Below are positions 61,516 through 64,000 of a stretch of DNA of 64,000 bases, piece after piece. Each line of letters opens with the position of its first letter. Within the stretch, counting starts at the first letter, position 1. The position numbers were made by a program, and so were the translations under genes. The DNA is taken from the NCBI GenBank assembly GCA_964417645.1, contig CAYQIS010000002.1, forward strand, positions 130,583 to 194,582, given 5' to 3'. The DNA is from an uncultured Spirochaetia bacterium. Its GTDB lineage: Bacteria; Oederibacteriota; PGYV01. Below the pieces are notes generated by a model, which worked only from the letters and a program-made list of their open reading frames with translations, ran no database searches and had not been told where the DNA came from.

Positions 61516-62436
61516 ATGCGAGGTAAAAAAAGGCCAAGAAGCTTTACTGTGCTTCTGGTGCCTGACGACAACTCAAAGGTTGTCGGTTTTAAGTTAAGAG
61601 GAACAACCCTTCTTGCAGCGGTCATACTTTGGACTGTCAGTGTAATTACAGCGGCTTTTATAATATCCCGTCATGCGAACTACAGGGCCACAATAGAATA
61701 CAACAAAATATTAAACGAAAAGCACAAGGCATTTACAAAAGAAGTGCTTGAAGCCAGGGAAAGTGTAAAAAGAACCCGTGAGCTTGAAGGTCAGCTTCGC
61801 GCAATGCTTAAGCTTAAAAACAAAGACGGTGTAATTAAATATACGGGTTTTGGCGGACCGTCCGACATTGATACAAGAATGCTTGAAGCTCAAATAAAAG
61901 ACAGAGACAAGGATATTGACAGACAAAGTTTTGAATTGGCTGTAAAATATGTGGACGAGCAGTCGCGTGCTGCTGAGAAAAGTTATCAGGAAATAATTAA
62001 ATATGTCACGGAACAAAGGGCAAGGATTACGGCCGTGCCAAAAGGATGGCCTGTTAAAGGATGGATTACAGCGGGTTTTGGCAGCAGGCTTGATCCTTTT
62101 ACAGGAGGTCTTTCGTTTCATGAAGGCGTTGATATTGCAAATGACGAAGGAACACCTGTTAAGGCAACTGCTGACGGAGTTGTGACACAGGCCGGTTTTG
62201 AAAGAGGATATGGAAACGTTGTTAATATAAATCATGCCAACGGTTATATGACTCGTTTTGGGCATCTGCAAAAATACACTGTCGTGACGGGTCAGCATAT
62301 AAAGAAAGGGCAGATAATAGGTTATGTTGGAAACACCGGAAGATCAACCGCGCCGCATCTTCACTATGAAGTAAGGCTTAACGGCGTGTCTGTTAATCCG
62401 GTAAGATTCATGCGCGAAGAAGTTGCGCTTAAATAA
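61516..62436 (+). CDS. M23 family (LytM-domain) peptidoglycan peptidase with N-terminal membrane anchor and coiled coil
   Basis: HxxxD and HxH motifs of M23 (FHEGVDIA...GYGNVVNINHANGYMTRFGHL...TAPHLHYEV). Confidence 0.85.
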   Translation: MRGKKRPRSFTVLLVPDDNSKVVGFKLRGTTLLAAVILWTVSVITAAFIISRHANYRATIEYNKILNEKHKAFTKEVLEARESVKRTRELEGQLRAMLKLKNKDGVIKYTGFGGPSDIDTRMLEAQIKDRDKDIDRQSFELAVKYVDEQSRAAEKSYQEIIKYVTEQRARITAVPKGWPVKGWITAGFGSRLDPFTGGLSFHEGVDIANDEGTPVKATADGVVTQAGFERGYGNVVNINHANGYMTRFGHLQKYTVVTGQHIKKGQIIGYVGNTGRSTAPHLHYEVRLNGVSVNPVRFMREEVALK

Positions 62437-62450
62437 AAAGGCGGGTAAAA

Positions 62451-62801
62451 TTGTCGCATAAACTTACGGGAAACATAGGAAGTGTTATATCAAAAGATTG
62501 CGAAGTAAAGGGTCACATAACATCCAAAACGTCAATAAGGGTTGACGGAAAGGTTGAAGGCAATGTGATATCGTCTGACGGGGTTTTTATCGGGGAACAT
62601 GCCGTTGTTAAGGGCGATGTATCGGGGAAACATGTGGTTATCGGCGGCAAGGTTACCGGCGATGTAACCGCAACGGCCAAATTGGAAATATTAAACACGG
62701 GCAAACTTCACGGGGATATAAGTTCGCCAAAACTTATGATGTCCGAAGGAGTTGTTTTTGAAGGCAGTGTTGTAATGTCAAAACAGGAACATAAGCAGTA
62801 A
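62451..62801 (+). CDS. bactofilin family cytoskeletal protein
   Basis: DUF583 beta-helical repeat pattern (ISKDCEVKGHITSKTSIRVDGKVEGNVIS...VKGDVSGKHVVIGGKVTGDV...). TTG start. Confidence 0.8.
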   Translation: MSHKLTGNIGSVISKDCEVKGHITSKTSIRVDGKVEGNVISSDGVFIGEHAVVKGDVSGKHVVIGGKVTGDVTATAKLEILNTGKLHGDISSPKLMMSEGVVFEGSVVMSKQEHKQ

Positions 62802-62845
62802 TCCTTTCTTTTAATTCGTTAAAAAAATCATAACGGAGAAAAATA

Positions 62846-64000
62846 ATGGTAAAAGTGCGTTTTGCGCCAAGCCCGACCGGCTACCTTCATATTGGCGGGG
62901 CAAGGACAGCTTTGTTTAACTGGCTTTTTGCCAGACATAATAAAGGAAAGTTTATCCTGAGGATAGAAGACACGGATCAGGAAAGGAATTCCGAAGAGTC
63001 GGTTAAAGCAATATTGGATTCAATGAAATGGATGGGTCTTGATTGGGATGAAGGTCCCGGCAAAGAAGGCGAAAGCGGGCCTTATTTTCAGACACAAAGG
63101 CTTGATATTTACAGAAAATATGTTGAAAAACTTTTGGCCGAGAAAAAAGCATATAAATGTTTCTGCACAAAAGAAGAACTGGACGATGCAAGAAAAGCCG
63201 CGGAAGCAAACAAGACAGCTTTTAAATACGACGGAAGGTGCTCGCGTTTAACCGAAGAAGAGGTAAAGGCCAAGGAAGCCTCAGGCGCGGGCTATACAAT
63301 AAGGATTAAGATACCGCAGGAAGGCGAGACAACAATAAATGACATTGTGCGCGGGGATGTTAAATTTAACAACAGTGTGCTTGATGATTTTATAATAAGT
63401 CGCGCCAGCGGCATGCCAATGTATAACTTTGTTGTTGTGGTTGACGACGCATTGATGGGGATTACACATGTTATAAGAGGGGAAGACCATTTAAGCAACA
63501 CGCCAAAGCAGGTGCACATATACAAGGCGCTTGGTTTTCCCGTGCCGCAGTTTGCGCATATTCCGCTTATATTGGGGCCTGATAGAAGCAAATTAAGCAA
63601 GAGACACGGAAAGACATCCGTAGGTGAGTATAAAACAATGGGAATTGATCCGCGAGCTTTTATAAATTTTCTTGCCCTTCTTGGATGGTCATCTGAGGAT
63701 GGCGCGGATGTTATGAGCGTTGAGGAAATAATTTCAAAATTCTCGCTTGAACGCATTCACAAAGCGGGCGCCATGTTTGACAATGAAAAACTTTTGTGGC
63801 TGAACGGAATATATATAAGAAAAATGACCCCGGAAGAGCTTTTTGAGAAGTGTTCTCCTTATTTGGTAAGTTCCGGGCTTGTGAAAGAAGATGAGATTTT
63901 ATCAAAAAGGGAATACCTTATAAAAATCACAAAATTGCAGCAGGAAAAAATACGCTCTTTTTCGGAATTGCCGCAGATTTCCGGATATTTTTTCGGAGAG
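62846..64000 (+). CDS. gltX: glutamate--tRNA ligase, 3' end truncated by the window edge
   Basis: Class I aaRS HIGH motif (PSPTGYLHIGGARTALFNW) and KLSKR (KMSKS-type) motif. Open to the window end. Confidence 0.9.
   Translation, partial: MVKVRFAPSPTGYLHIGGARTALFNWLFARHNKGKFILRIEDTDQERNSEESVKAILDSMKWMGLDWDEGPGKEGESGPYFQTQRLDIYRKYVEKLLAEKKAYKCFCTKEELDDARKAAEANKTAFKYDGRCSRLTEEEVKAKEASGAGYTIRIKIPQEGETTINDIVRGDVKFNNSVLDDFIISRASGMPMYNFVVVVDDALMGITHVIRGEDHLSNTPKQVHIYKALGFPVPQFAHIPLILGPDRSKLSKRHGKTSVGEYKTMGIDPRAFINFLALLGWSSEDGADVMSVEEIISKFSLERIHKAGAMFDNEKLLWLNGIYIRKMTPEELFEKCSPYLVSSGLVKEDEILSKREYLIKITKLQQEKIRSFSELPQISGYFFGE

Overview
This 64-kb window comes from a low-GC bacterium (roughly 38-40% GC by eye) and is almost entirely + strand. 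Several secreted proteins carry T9SS-type C-terminal sorting domains, which suggests an FCB-superphylum-like lineage, though this cannot be settled here. In order along the window:

- **1-10 kb:** pth (5' partial); competence genes comEA-comEC and later comF; a complete dTDP-rhamnose pathway rfbA-C-B-D with an extra sugar epimerase and a GT4 glycosyltransferase; queC; a TonB-like protein; a GATase1 protein.
- **10-24 kb:** a sensor kinase plus sigma-54 (NtrC-type) response regulator pair; a VWA protein with a canonical T9SS C-terminal domain; MscS; tatA-tatC followed by a Tat-signal DUF362 protein and a membrane polyferredoxin; malQ (GH77); a hypothetical protein; rumA.
- **24.2-49.4 kb:** a ~26-kb array of six large secreted plant-cell-wall CAZymes: a GH8, a GH30_8 xylanase-like enzyme, a PL11 rhamnogalacturonan lyase fused to a PL1 pectate lyase, a GH44, a GH5 and a pectate-lyase-superfamily beta-helix protein. 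Each has a catalytic domain, one or two beta-sandwich CBM-like modules, a long linker in which Thr occupies alternate positions (TxTxT), and a ~100-aa C-terminal sorting domain. The last ~0.7-1 kb of five of these genes is a near-identical DNA cassette. Interspersed are two full-length LacI regulators with AACGTT-centred palindromes in their promoter spacers, two LacI paralogs that lack the HTH DNA-binding domain, a YkgJ-type Cys-cluster protein and one minus-strand outer-membrane beta-barrel gene. Two of the CAZyme genes (the GH8 and the beta-helix gene) carry a single in-frame TAG, although TAG is a normal stop elsewhere in the window.
- **50-64 kb:** SulP transporter; a sensor kinase, response regulator and rhodanese; eno-gpmI-msrAB-gpmA-xth; a small hypothetical protein; an M23 peptidase plus bactofilin pair; gltX (3' partial).
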